A stretch of DNA of 64,000 nt, taken from assembly GCA_037441675.1 (NCBI GenBank), contig JBBIRS010000002.1, positions 167,249 through 231,248 of the forward strand, read 5' to 3'. Within the stretch, counting starts at the first letter, position 1. Every line of letters begins with the position of its first letter. A program made the translations under genes and the position numbers. The notes beneath the pieces were generated by a model. That model searched no databases and was not told where the DNA came from. It saw only the letters and a program-made list of their open reading frames with translations. The DNA is from Planctomycetales bacterium. GTDB lineage: Bacteria; 4484-113. Shown here in pieces: positions 22,807-31,557 of the stretch.

Positions 22807-23736
22807 ATGCCTACACTGAATCTAAGCAAAGAGGAATTAATTGAAAGGAGTCGCCTAATAAGGCACGACATACTTATTAGCGTAAATGCCGCCCAAAGTG
22901 GACATCCTGGTGGACCACTTTCTGCTGCCGATTACCATACTGCCCTCTGGATGAACTATCTAAACGTGGATCCCAAGAACCCATACTGGGAGGAAAGGGA
23001 CAGATATCTCCTTAGCAACGGTCATTGCTCCGCGCTCAACTTTGCTCTTATGGCACATAGGGGATTCTTCTCTCGCGGTTATCTCTTGACTTTTCGGTCA
23101 CTGAATTCACGTCTTCAAGGACATCCCAGCAGTGTTAAGCTTCCTGGAATAGAGGTTGGAACTGGTTCTCTTGGGCAAGGGCTCTCTGTGGCTCACGGAA
23201 TGGCTCTTGGAGCAAGGATGCGCGGAAGACCCGATATTTTGTCATTTTGTAACTGCGGTGACGGTGAATTGCAAGAGGGAAACATCTGGGAGGCAGTGAT
23301 GCATGCAGGCCATCGGCAGACTGACAATCTAATTCTCAGCGTGGATTGGAATAACGCACAGATAGACGGTTATGTGGAGAATGTCAAAGGAGTTGAACCG
23401 CTTGTGGATAAATTTGAGGCTTTCCGATGGAGAGTTTTAGTTGCGGATGGCCATAATATGGATGAAATAATAAACGCTTGGGAGTGGGCAATTGATGGTA
23501 CCCCAAGGTGTGGAAAGGGTTGTGGAAAGCCTTCCGTTATACTCTTCAAGACGGTTATGATGAAAGGATGCCCATCCTTTGAGAATATTCCCGGCTGGCA
23601 CGGTAGACCACCAAAGGATGATGAGCTAATGATTATGCTATCTGAGCTTGGCTTCAAATATACAAACGTCGAAGAAGCTAGAGTTTCCCTTGGAGAACCA
23701 ATATACGATGGTTATGGAGCGGAAAATGGGCATTAA
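22807..23736 (+). CDS. tkt: Transketolase, N-terminal (TPP-binding) subunit
   Basis: SGHPGGPLS, LSNGH, LQGHP, TGSLGQG, GDGELQEG, WHG. Confidence 0.95.
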   Translation: MPTLNLSKEELIERSRLIRHDILISVNAAQSGHPGGPLSAADYHTALWMNYLNVDPKNPYWEERDRYLLSNGHCSALNFALMAHRGFFSRGYLLTFRSLNSRLQGHPSSVKLPGIEVGTGSLGQGLSVAHGMALGARMRGRPDILSFCNCGDGELQEGNIWEAVMHAGHRQTDNLILSVDWNNAQIDGYVENVKGVEPLVDKFEAFRWRVLVADGHNMDEIINAWEWAIDGTPRCGKGCGKPSVILFKTVMMKGCPSFENIPGWHGRPPKDDELMIMLSELGFKYTNVEEARVSLGEPIYDGYGAENGH

Positions 23737-24727
23737 GACTGGAACTAAAGTAAGATACAAAAACGGAATTCTACCTAGTAGCGAGTGGAAACTGGAGTTA
23801 ACCAGAAAAGCCTACGGCGAAATGTTAGTAGAATTAGGGGAGAAAAACCCAAACATTATTGTTTTAGACGCTGACCTAGCAGAATCCACCTACACCAAAT
23901 TCTTTAGAGAAAAATTCCCAGATAGATTTATTGAATGCGGGATTTCGGAGCAAGATATGATGAACACCGCTGCAGGGCTTTCCACCTGGGGCTTTATTCC
24001 TTTCCTGTCAAGTTACGCAATATTTTTGACCGGCAGAGCTTGGGATCAGATGCGCAATACTATAGATTACTCCAACCTCAACGTTAAGATTGCGGCTGCG
24101 CATGGTGGTATTTCGGTTGGAAAGGACGGTTGCTCACATCAGGGTATGGAAGACCTTGGAAATACGCTCAGTTTAGTAAATATGACAGTGGTAGTGCCGG
24201 CTGATTATTGGGAAACTCGGAAAGTTATGGAATGGATTCCAACTCACAAGGGTCCGTTGTATATGCGATTAGGGAGGGAAAAAGTGCCGATGGTTACCAC
24301 CGAAGAAACTCCCTTCCTTCCCAAGAAAGCAATTGAGGTAGTGGAGGGAAGTGATGGGACGTTTATCAGTTTTGGGATGATGATGAGCAGAGCGGTTCAG
24401 GCTGCAGAGCTGTTAGCTGAAGAGGGTATTTACTCTAGAGTACTTAATATGCCAATGATTAAGCCCATTGATGAGGAAGCTATACTAGAGGCGGCACGAA
24501 CCACAGGCGCAATAGTCACCATTGAAGAGCATTCCATTTACGGTGGCTTGGGCTCAATCGTGGCACGGATACTAATCCAGAGTAAATACCGCGTCCCCAC
24601 TAGAATAATTGGAATACCGGATATATACCTAAGAAGTGGAGATCCGGAGGAATTACTCCAAATCGCGGGATTAACCGCTCAAAATGCTGCTAATAAAATG
24701 AAAGAGGCATTGAGAGAAGCAGGCTAG
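23726..24727 (+). CDS. tkt: Transketolase, C-terminal subunit
   Basis: LDADLAEST, GISEQDM, GKDGCSHQ, YMRLGR, EEHSIYGGLG; start overlaps the upstream stop region. Confidence 0.93.
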   Translation: MGIKTGTKVRYKNGILPSSEWKLELTRKAYGEMLVELGEKNPNIIVLDADLAESTYTKFFREKFPDRFIECGISEQDMMNTAAGLSTWGFIPFLSSYAIFLTGRAWDQMRNTIDYSNLNVKIAAAHGGISVGKDGCSHQGMEDLGNTLSLVNMTVVVPADYWETRKVMEWIPTHKGPLYMRLGREKVPMVTTEETPFLPKKAIEVVEGSDGTFISFGMMMSRAVQAAELLAEEGIYSRVLNMPMIKPIDEEAILEAARTTGAIVTIEEHSIYGGLGSIVARILIQSKYRVPTRIIGIPDIYLRSGDPEELLQIAGLTAQNAANKMKEALREAG

Positions 24728-24760
24728 CAACTTCGTTGTCAATGGGCTTATAATCATAAC

Positions 24761-26134
24761 GTGTTTCTAGGGTTTGCTAAGAAACTTTTCGCGAATTCAA
24801 AGATACAAGCAAGTGAATCGCTACTCCCACTTTTAACAGCTATATTCATTCTAACTGTAGTTTTTTTGTTTGCATTAACTTCTGAGTTCATCCCAGCCAA
24901 GATTAGCAATTTACAAGAAGCTAATCGCTCAATCAAATTAAGTTATCGTGGAATTGAAAGAGAAGCGATATCCCAGCTAGAAGCTGGCTTGAGAGCAGAT
25001 GATAATCAGACTGTATTGCTCTCGGCAATATCTCTTGAAAGCTTACCCATAAAACAACTGAAGGAAGAGATGATTAGCTTGAAAGAGAGAGGTTTTGAGG
25101 AAGCTTATATCCGTGTACTGCCTGAACTTTATGCGTTAAGTTATGAAAAGGCCTTAGAGGACCTTAAGAATTATGCGCTTTCGGATGAATTAACAACTAC
25201 CCAAATAGCAATTGAACAGCTAGCGCGCCTACCACCGCTAACAGCTGTAGAAGAACTCCAAGAAAACCTTTCAATACCCCACGACCAAATGGTATATCAC
25301 GTTGGTAGAGTACTAAGAAAGTGGCGAAGAGCCAACGATAAACTACTTGACCTGCTGAGGACTATTAACAAAAAAAGGTTTACGCCGGAGGGAAGGCTTT
25401 ACGCAGCGATTACTCTAATCTCTCTAAATGCCTATACTGACGAAGCTTGGAAAACTATTGATTGGCTGGTTAAAATCAAAGATGAAGAGAACGCGAACCG
25501 TCTTGCCCTATATCTTGGAGATAGGAGCGATCCCCAATCTTACAAGGTTTTGCTACAAATGCTAGAGGATCCGGAAAATAGAGTTCCTGCGCTGAGGGCT
25601 TTGGTGCATTACGATTATCCTGATAAGGTGGACAAAGTCAGCAAGTATGAAATTCTTGGAAACACTTATCAGCGATTCCTCGTGTTAATTAACTTAGCGA
25701 GTAGCGGTGAAGAATTTCCACTAAAAGATGCTTTTGAAAGGCTAATTGAAAAACATTCAGCTGTTTTATCAGAATTTACTACTGCACTTAGAGAATGGGA
25801 AGACCCTAAAGCGCTCCCATATTATGATAGAATGGTAAAGAAGAATCCATCTAGGATAGTGCGAGTTGGGATATCTCAAAATCTTAGAGCCTACCCATTG
25901 AATGCTCGCGCTATATTTCTTGCTAGAAAACTGCTGGAGATGAGTGAAGATTCCTCTGAAACAACATTTCACCTGAAAACACTTGGACTAATCGGAACGC
26001 GAAGGGAGAAACCGCTCCTTTTTAACATCCTACGCAAATCTAAGGATACGCAGACTAGAATTGTCTCCTCTTGGGCAATACTTAATATAGATGCTGGTTT
26101 GCCCATAAACACTCCATCTCAGCCTTCTATATGA
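24761..26134 (+). CDS. Membrane-anchored HEAT-repeat-like protein
   Basis: N-terminal TM helix; helical repeats such as LEDPENRVPALRAL and KDTQTRIVSSWAIL. Confidence 0.55.
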   Translation: MFLGFAKKLFANSKIQASESLLPLLTAIFILTVVFLFALTSEFIPAKISNLQEANRSIKLSYRGIEREAISQLEAGLRADDNQTVLLSAISLESLPIKQLKEEMISLKERGFEEAYIRVLPELYALSYEKALEDLKNYALSDELTTTQIAIEQLARLPPLTAVEELQENLSIPHDQMVYHVGRVLRKWRRANDKLLDLLRTINKKRFTPEGRLYAAITLISLNAYTDEAWKTIDWLVKIKDEENANRLALYLGDRSDPQSYKVLLQMLEDPENRVPALRALVHYDYPDKVDKVSKYEILGNTYQRFLVLINLASSGEEFPLKDAFERLIEKHSAVLSEFTTALREWEDPKALPYYDRMVKKNPSRIVRVGISQNLRAYPLNARAIFLARKLLEMSEDSSETTFHLKTLGLIGTRREKPLLFNILRKSKDTQTRIVSSWAILNIDAGLPINTPSQPSI

Positions 26135-26283
26135 ATGCTTCCTTTAGTAGTTTATGAAAGTAAAAAGAATTAATATTGTTCAAGCCAAAGGAATTTTAGG
26201 ATAGCAAAATGGAATGCGTTTTCATCACGCGCCGTGAAGCTTGTTTAAGTGAAGTATTATTCTGATTACATGGAGAGTTAAGG

Positions 26284-27549
26284 ATGGACATTCAATCAAT
26301 TAAAGTTATTCTTGTGATAGTCCTTCTTTCCGGGATTGTTGCGATTGTGGGCGATCGCATTGGAAGAATTGCCGGCAAAAGAAAATTAAATTTCCTTGGC
26401 ATGCGTCCACGCCTAGCCTCCAGCGTCATAGCCGTCATTACAGGTATCCTCATCGCAGTCGGCACAGTTGCAGTCCTTGCCCTTTCCTCTAGAACTGTTC
26501 AGGAAATGCTGTTCCACTTTGACGAGCTCAAAGAAGATGCTAAGAAGCTAGAGATAAAAGCCCAACAATTAGAGAGGGAAGTTACAAGCTTGGAACATCA
26601 GCGAGAAACATTAAATACGGAATTAGAAATTACACGCAAGTCTCTCGCTTATAGCCAGAAGCAAGTGACCGACTTAAACTTTCAAATCGCAAGTACTAAT
26701 AAGAGATTGGCGAGCATACGCCTAGATTTAGGCAAGGCGGTATCTCAGTTAGAAGAGACAAAAGGGAGGCTTATTAAAACTGAGGCAAACCTCAAGGAAA
26801 TGAGAAAGGAAGTAAAGGCTCTTGAAGAAACTAACATTTTATTGAAGAAAGAACAACAAACGCTAAAGGATGAAAACGAAAGGCTTGAACAAACTAGAGC
26901 CAATCTAACCGCAGCAGCTAAAGAACTAGAAGAGAAGGTTTATTCACTGAGAGAAGGAGAAATAATGCTCTTTTTCAACCAGCCTCTAGGGTATGTTAAA
27001 GTTCCCTCTGAGGCGAATCTGCCACAAGTGCGTCAAATTCTTCTTGATTCCCTCCAACAAATTCAACAAAACTTAAAAACTAAAGGATTGGAACTTGATG
27101 AAAAGTATTCCGAACTACTAGCCCCTATACTTGATGCACTAAGCATGTTAAATCAGGACGCAATCGTCATTATTTACTCAGCCAGCAACGTACTACCAGG
27201 AGAAAAGGTCAAGGTTGAGTTCGAGATAGCTCTGCATAAGCTTATTTTCCGAAAAGGAGAAGTTATAGCTAAAGTTAGGATTGAACCAAACATTAAAGGC
27301 AGTGATGTAGCCTCATTGCTTCCACCATTATTAAAAACAATTAGGAGCATCGCAATTGATAGGAGGCTCTTGCCTGATATAGATACTGGCGAAGTCGGAA
27401 CTATCTCTTCAGATGATATTAAGGAATTGCAAGACCTACTTGATAGAACCAGTGGCGCAAGAACTCTAGAGATACTTTCGGCGAAAGACATATATACCAC
27501 CGACAAATTGGACAAATTTCTCTTCAGAATGCAACAGATAACAAATTAG
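26284..27549 (+). CDS. DUF3084-domain coiled-coil membrane protein
   Basis: SGIVAIVGDRIGRIAGKRKLNFLGMRPR..ITGILI, long coiled coil, IFRKGEVIA. Confidence 0.85.
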   Translation: MDIQSIKVILVIVLLSGIVAIVGDRIGRIAGKRKLNFLGMRPRLASSVIAVITGILIAVGTVAVLALSSRTVQEMLFHFDELKEDAKKLEIKAQQLEREVTSLEHQRETLNTELEITRKSLAYSQKQVTDLNFQIASTNKRLASIRLDLGKAVSQLEETKGRLIKTEANLKEMRKEVKALEETNILLKKEQQTLKDENERLEQTRANLTAAAKELEEKVYSLREGEIMLFFNQPLGYVKVPSEANLPQVRQILLDSLQQIQQNLKTKGLELDEKYSELLAPILDALSMLNQDAIVIIYSASNVLPGEKVKVEFEIALHKLIFRKGEVIAKVRIEPNIKGSDVASLLPPLLKTIRSIAIDRRLLPDIDTGEVGTISSDDIKELQDLLDRTSGARTLEILSAKDIYTTDKLDKFLFRMQQITN

Positions 27550-27604
27550 CAATGGTAATTTCAGCGCTAGTCTAATGGTAATTCACAGAGGATACACTCA
27601 AACT

Positions 27605-28309
27605 CTAACTTACTAAAGTTCCCACCTTCTCACCACTAACTATGCGCTTTAAGGCACCCTTTTCAAAGATGTTGAATACAATTAGTGGTAGGGAATTATC
27701 CTTGCAGAGAGTAAATGCGGTTATATCAAGTATCTCCAGCCTATTCTCAATTGCTTGGCTAAATGTTATATTTTCATAGAACTTGGCATCGTGGAACTTT
27801 TCCGGGTCTTTATCAAAGACGCCTTTAACGCGAGTTGCCTTAAGAACTACATCTGCGCCAATCTCAAGTGCCCTTTGAACTGCGGCGGTATCGGTTGAGA
27901 AGTAAGGTCTTCCCAGTCCACAAGCGAGTAGAACTAGGCGCCCCTTCTCAAGATGATGGATGCATCTTCGCCTAATGTAGGGTTCTGCAACTTCATCCAT
28001 TTTCAAGGAGGAAACTAGGTGAGTGGTAATACCCCTCTGTTCAAGCTTATCCATAAGTGCCAGAGAGTTAAGCATTGTTGCAAGCATGCCCATATAATCA
28101 CCAGAGGCGCGGTCAATCCCAAGAGCCTCCAACTCCGTACCGCGAAAGAGATTGCCCCCACCAACCAGAACTGCGATTTCACATCCGGTTTCTTTAGCGG
28201 AAATGATTTCTTGAGCGAAGTAGTCAAGCCTCTCATAGGATATGCCTATTCTTTCTTCCCCTGCAAAGGCTTCACCCGATAGTTTAAGTAGAACCCTCCT
28301 GTATAACAT
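27605..28309 (-). CDS. pyrH: UMP kinase
   Basis: RVLLKLSGE, VGGGNLFRG, DYMGMLATM, PYFSTDTAA, DKDP. Start set at ATG 28309. Confidence 0.97.
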   Translation of the reverse strand: MLYRRVLLKLSGEAFAGEERIGISYERLDYFAQEIISAKETGCEIAVLVGGGNLFRGTELEALGIDRASGDYMGMLATMLNSLALMDKLEQRGITTHLVSSLKMDEVAEPYIRRRCIHHLEKGRLVLLACGLGRPYFSTDTAAVQRALEIGADVVLKATRVKGVFDKDPEKFHDAKFYENITFSQAIENRLEILDITAFTLCKDNSLPLIVFNIFEKGALKRIVSGEKVGTLVS

Positions 28310-28422
28310 CAAATTTAATTTTATCAGATTTTTATTCCTTGCTATAAAGGTATAATAGGAACTGGAAGGAAGATTTAGATAACAGGTGGCAATTGAAAGG
28401 GAAGAGGCGTGTGGTAAAATTT

Positions 28423-28495
28423 GAGCCATTAGCTCAGTAGGTAGAGCACCGGACTTTTAATCCGGGGGTCCCGGGTTCGATTCCCGGATGGCTCA
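28423..28495 (+). tRNA. tRNA-Lys (TTT), CCA not encoded
   Basis: Acceptor GAGCCAT/ATGGCTC, D-arm AGCTCAGTAGGTAGAGC, anticodon arm CCGGA-CTTTTAA-TCCGG, GGTTCGATTCC. Confidence 0.96.
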
Positions 28496-28501
28496 AGGTT
28501 A

Positions 28502-28574
28502 GCCCCCATCGTCTAGTGGACTAGGACACCACTCTTTCAAGGTGGAAACGCGGGTTCAATTCCCGCTGGGGGTA
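28502..28574 (+). tRNA. tRNA-Glu (TTC), CCA not encoded
   Basis: Acceptor GCCCCCA/TGGGGGT, anticodon arm CCACT-CTTTCAA-GGTGG, GGTTCAATTCC. Confidence 0.96.
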
Positions 28575-28701
28575 GAACTTCCTTTCAGGTTTTCTCGCTC
28601 AATCGTTGCAAAAAGTCGAAATGCATACATAGCACGCTCTTACGATTCCAAAATAGCTTCGGAAGGGGTATCAAAATCTCAAGGATTACGCCAGTTTGAA
28701 A

Positions 28702-28908
28702 TTAGGGGCTTTGAATAGGCGATTCTACCGTTAAGCGGAACCTAAGGATGGAACCATCAGGGCGTATCACATCAATGTCATCGTCCCGCCCACCACCGTA
28801 ACGTGCTCTTAGTTGACCATCCTGATACTCTTGTTGATTGAGCAAGTCGCAGAGAAACTCAGCAAAACTATTGGTATCAGTTACCAAACTTAAATTAAAG
28901 ATAGGCAT
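28702..28908 (-). CDS. Small acidic hypothetical protein (68 aa) with ARYGGGRDDD motif
   Basis: GGGAGGAAGG RBS upstream of the ATG; no overlap with other genes. Confidence 0.6.
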   Translation of the reverse strand: MPIFNLSLVTDTNSFAEFLCDLLNQQEYQDGQLRARYGGGRDDDIDVIRPDGSILRFRLTVESPIQSP

Positions 28909-29107
28909 TTATCCTTCCTCCCAATTTATTCCCATTCACGGGGTAAAGTTATTTTATCAAACAAAAATTCTAATAAAGCATTAAAACGCAGTATCAACTC
29001 GGGTTACAAGCTGAATGAAATATAATCACAGTTCTTAAATAAATTATTAATAAAAATTGATTCCTGGTAATACAAAAGGACATCTCAGCAGTTAGAGCTT
29101 ATCAAAG

Positions 29108-30358
29108 TTAATCAATCACCTTCAATTTCTTCGCTAGTTCAAGCTTGTCCTTGTCCTCAAGATAGGAGGGATAAAGTCCCAAAGCTTCCTTAAGGTATTT
29201 TTTGGCATTCTCGTTGTCACTATTTAGATAGTAAGCGTAGCCTAAATCCCAACAATTCTGTGGGCTATCTGGGCAAAGGGCATAGGCAAGTTTCTGATAG
29301 TGAAGCGCTTTCTCAGCTTCTCCTTGCAATTCAAAGATCTCTGAAAGTAGCCCGTAACTAATATCCCAGTTAGGGTTTAGCTCTATAGCTCGATTGGCAA
29401 AGAAAGTTGCAACATCATACTCGCGCCTCTCTTTTGCAATAAAAGCCAAGTCGTAAATGACCTTTTCTGAATCGGGTCTTGCCTCCCGCGCCATAAGCGC
29501 CAATTCCCTGGCGGTACCATAGTCCTTGAGGCGATAGGCATAATGCTCAGCTGCCATTTGATACGCCCAGAGATTTTTGGGATCAATTCTGAGAAGTTGC
29601 TCAAATACTGGTATTTTCTCTTCTGGTGGAAGTATCATCAAGCGATGGAAAAACTTTAACTCGAAGAGTTGGAGCCCAACTTGAAGACCCTTAAGCTCGC
29701 CTTCTGCAGGCTCGTGTGAAATGAAACCTAGCCTCTGCCTCATCACCACGTGTTTTCTTTTGACAAACCGCAATCTCTCCACCGCCCCCCTGCTAAGCAT
29801 TACCTGTGTGACGCGTCCAATTCTTGCGTAACCCTCAATTCGTTTGGCGAAATTTATGGCAAATCCCTCTATTCTCTTTTCTCTATCTCCACGCTCTCTG
29901 AGAACGCAAATCCCTCGATGAATGCCAATACCTAAATCAAAGGGTAAATGACGAGCCTTTACCCTTTCCATATTCAGGGGAGTAGAAAGCCAAGAATTCT
30001 TGAGCAGAATAGCGGCTCTCATTGCACCAAAGAGAGCGTGGTCACATATAGCACGGCTCTCAGCCTCAAGTTTCAACCTTTCCTCGCTCTCAGGGGGAAG
30101 GTTTGCTATTCTTTCATTTCTCTCCAACTGTTTGGGGTCATAGAAGAAAACCGCAAGCTGATCACCTGCTACAGACTTCTCTGCCACGGGATAATCACCA
30201 GCATCCGCGACCGCTTGCAGTAGATGTTTTTGATACTCTTCAATTAGCTCGTCATAATCCCAAAAGTCAAGCACAGTAGAGATTCCAACGGAGTTGATGA
30301 GGTCGGCAAATAGGATAGTCACCTCCACGAGATTCGTCCGCTCCACCTTGGCTGGCAT
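29108..30358 (-). CDS. Class III nucleotide cyclase with C-terminal TPR repeats
   Basis: ILFADL, AGDQ, LGIGIHRG, AINFAKRIE; TPR-like AIELNPNW and ALCPDSPQNCWDLGYAY. Confidence 0.8.
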   Translation of the reverse strand: MPAKVERTNLVEVTILFADLINSVGISTVLDFWDYDELIEEYQKHLLQAVADAGDYPVAEKSVAGDQLAVFFYDPKQLERNERIANLPPESEERLKLEAESRAICDHALFGAMRAAILLKNSWLSTPLNMERVKARHLPFDLGIGIHRGICVLRERGDREKRIEGFAINFAKRIEGYARIGRVTQVMLSRGAVERLRFVKRKHVVMRQRLGFISHEPAEGELKGLQVGLQLFELKFFHRLMILPPEEKIPVFEQLLRIDPKNLWAYQMAAEHYAYRLKDYGTARELALMAREARPDSEKVIYDLAFIAKERREYDVATFFANRAIELNPNWDISYGLLSEIFELQGEAEKALHYQKLAYALCPDSPQNCWDLGYAYYLNSDNENAKKYLKEALGLYPSYLEDKDKLELAKKLKVID

Positions 30359-30581
30359 AAGAGTAGTTTAGCATAGGAAGATTATTTCAGGCGCCTAATT
30401 AAGGGAGCTGGTTTCTCGTTAACGATACTTAGTTGATTTCTTCAAATTCTCCCGTATCAATTCAATATTGAACGCCAGACTTAGTAAGTTGGACTAGCAG
30501 ACATACGATAATAAAGCTATCGGTTGATTTTGAAGCGCAGGTTTATCCTTAACTGGTCTAAGCACAACACAGGAATCTTCA

Positions 30582-30618
30582 CTCTGGAGGGCGAAGAGCT
30601 TGCTTTCGCCCTACAGAG
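30582..30618. repeat. REP-like single palindrome
   Basis: CTCTGGAGGGCGAA..TTCGCCCTACAGAG, sharing the CCCTACAG end with the other elements. Confidence 0.55.
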
Positions 30619-30692
30619 AAATTCGGCGCTAAGCGATCCCAATAGAGATACGAATTTAAGGTTATAATTTATTTGGAAGCTAAGCAAGCTTT

Positions 30693-31472
30693 ATGTGGTT
30701 AGATATTAACTTTTGGGCTACGAATCCTTTTATACCTTGGGACAGGATATTCAGTGGGATAGTCCTTCTAATCTACCTTTATCAAATCTGGTGGGTTTAC
30801 AGAGACGCGGAGAAGAGGTATTTTTCCGGCGTTTGGTTTGCCCTTCTTGCCGCGATCGTTCCGCTTGGTGGTTGGTTATTTTATCTCCTTTACCGTTCAT
30901 CCTCTCTCCCAGAGTTAGATTTACTTGAAATAAGGGAAAAACTTCTTGAGCGCGGAAGCTCCATCGATTATGAAATTTATCTCGCTAGACAAAGACAAGT
31001 CGCAATAGAGCGGTCACTCGCGTGGGTAAGGGGGTTTCTCAAGCCACCCCAAAAAAACTTATCCGAAATTAAGGTTCATAGTTATCCAGATGAGATAATT
31101 CGCTCAAGAGAGAAAGAGTTACTGAAATCTCGCAAAGAGAATGCAAAAGAGAGTTTTGAACCATTTTTAAATTTTGTGGAGAATATCGCAAAGGGAATAG
31201 TGTCAGCTTTTAGGCAGATAATCGCACCAAACTATATGAGTGTTCGAAAAAAGCTTAAGTTTTACGATAAGGTTAGAGAAGCACCACTCGTGGATGAAGA
31301 TCTGGAAAATCTGTTACAGTCAGGGCTTTACATTTTGGCGAAGGAAGATTGCCAAGCAAAGTTAAGGCTCGCATCGGAACAAAATGACGCAAGGAGAATG
31401 CGCACTTATGAAGTGTATTTAGCCAGAATTAATAGGCTGATTAAGGCTGAAAAGGAAGAAGCGAAAGCATAA
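30693..31472 (+). CDS. Membrane protein (two N-terminal TM helices) with shared C-terminal helical domain
   Basis: WWVYRDAEKR..WFALLAAIVPLGGWLFYLLYR; C-terminal DEDLENLLQSG..D..RMRTYEVYLARI. Confidence 0.7.
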   Translation: MWLDINFWATNPFIPWDRIFSGIVLLIYLYQIWWVYRDAEKRYFSGVWFALLAAIVPLGGWLFYLLYRSSSLPELDLLEIREKLLERGSSIDYEIYLARQRQVAIERSLAWVRGFLKPPQKNLSEIKVHSYPDEIIRSREKELLKSRKENAKESFEPFLNFVENIAKGIVSAFRQIIAPNYMSVRKKLKFYDKVREAPLVDEDLENLLQSGLYILAKEDCQAKLRLASEQNDARRMRTYEVYLARINRLIKAEKEEAKA

Positions 31473-31557
31473 AAATCAAGGAGTTGCATTTTCGGAACTT
31501 CACTTTTGGCTTTAGCGATTAGCTAAACATTACTGGACTGGGTTGAAGTTTTCTATC

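Noticed and set aside
28393..28422. TTGAAA-16-TAAAAT as a leaderless tRNA-Lys promoter
   Set aside because: The -10 ends only 2 nt before the tRNA, placing +1 inside it; an upstream TATAAT at 28351 is an alternative.
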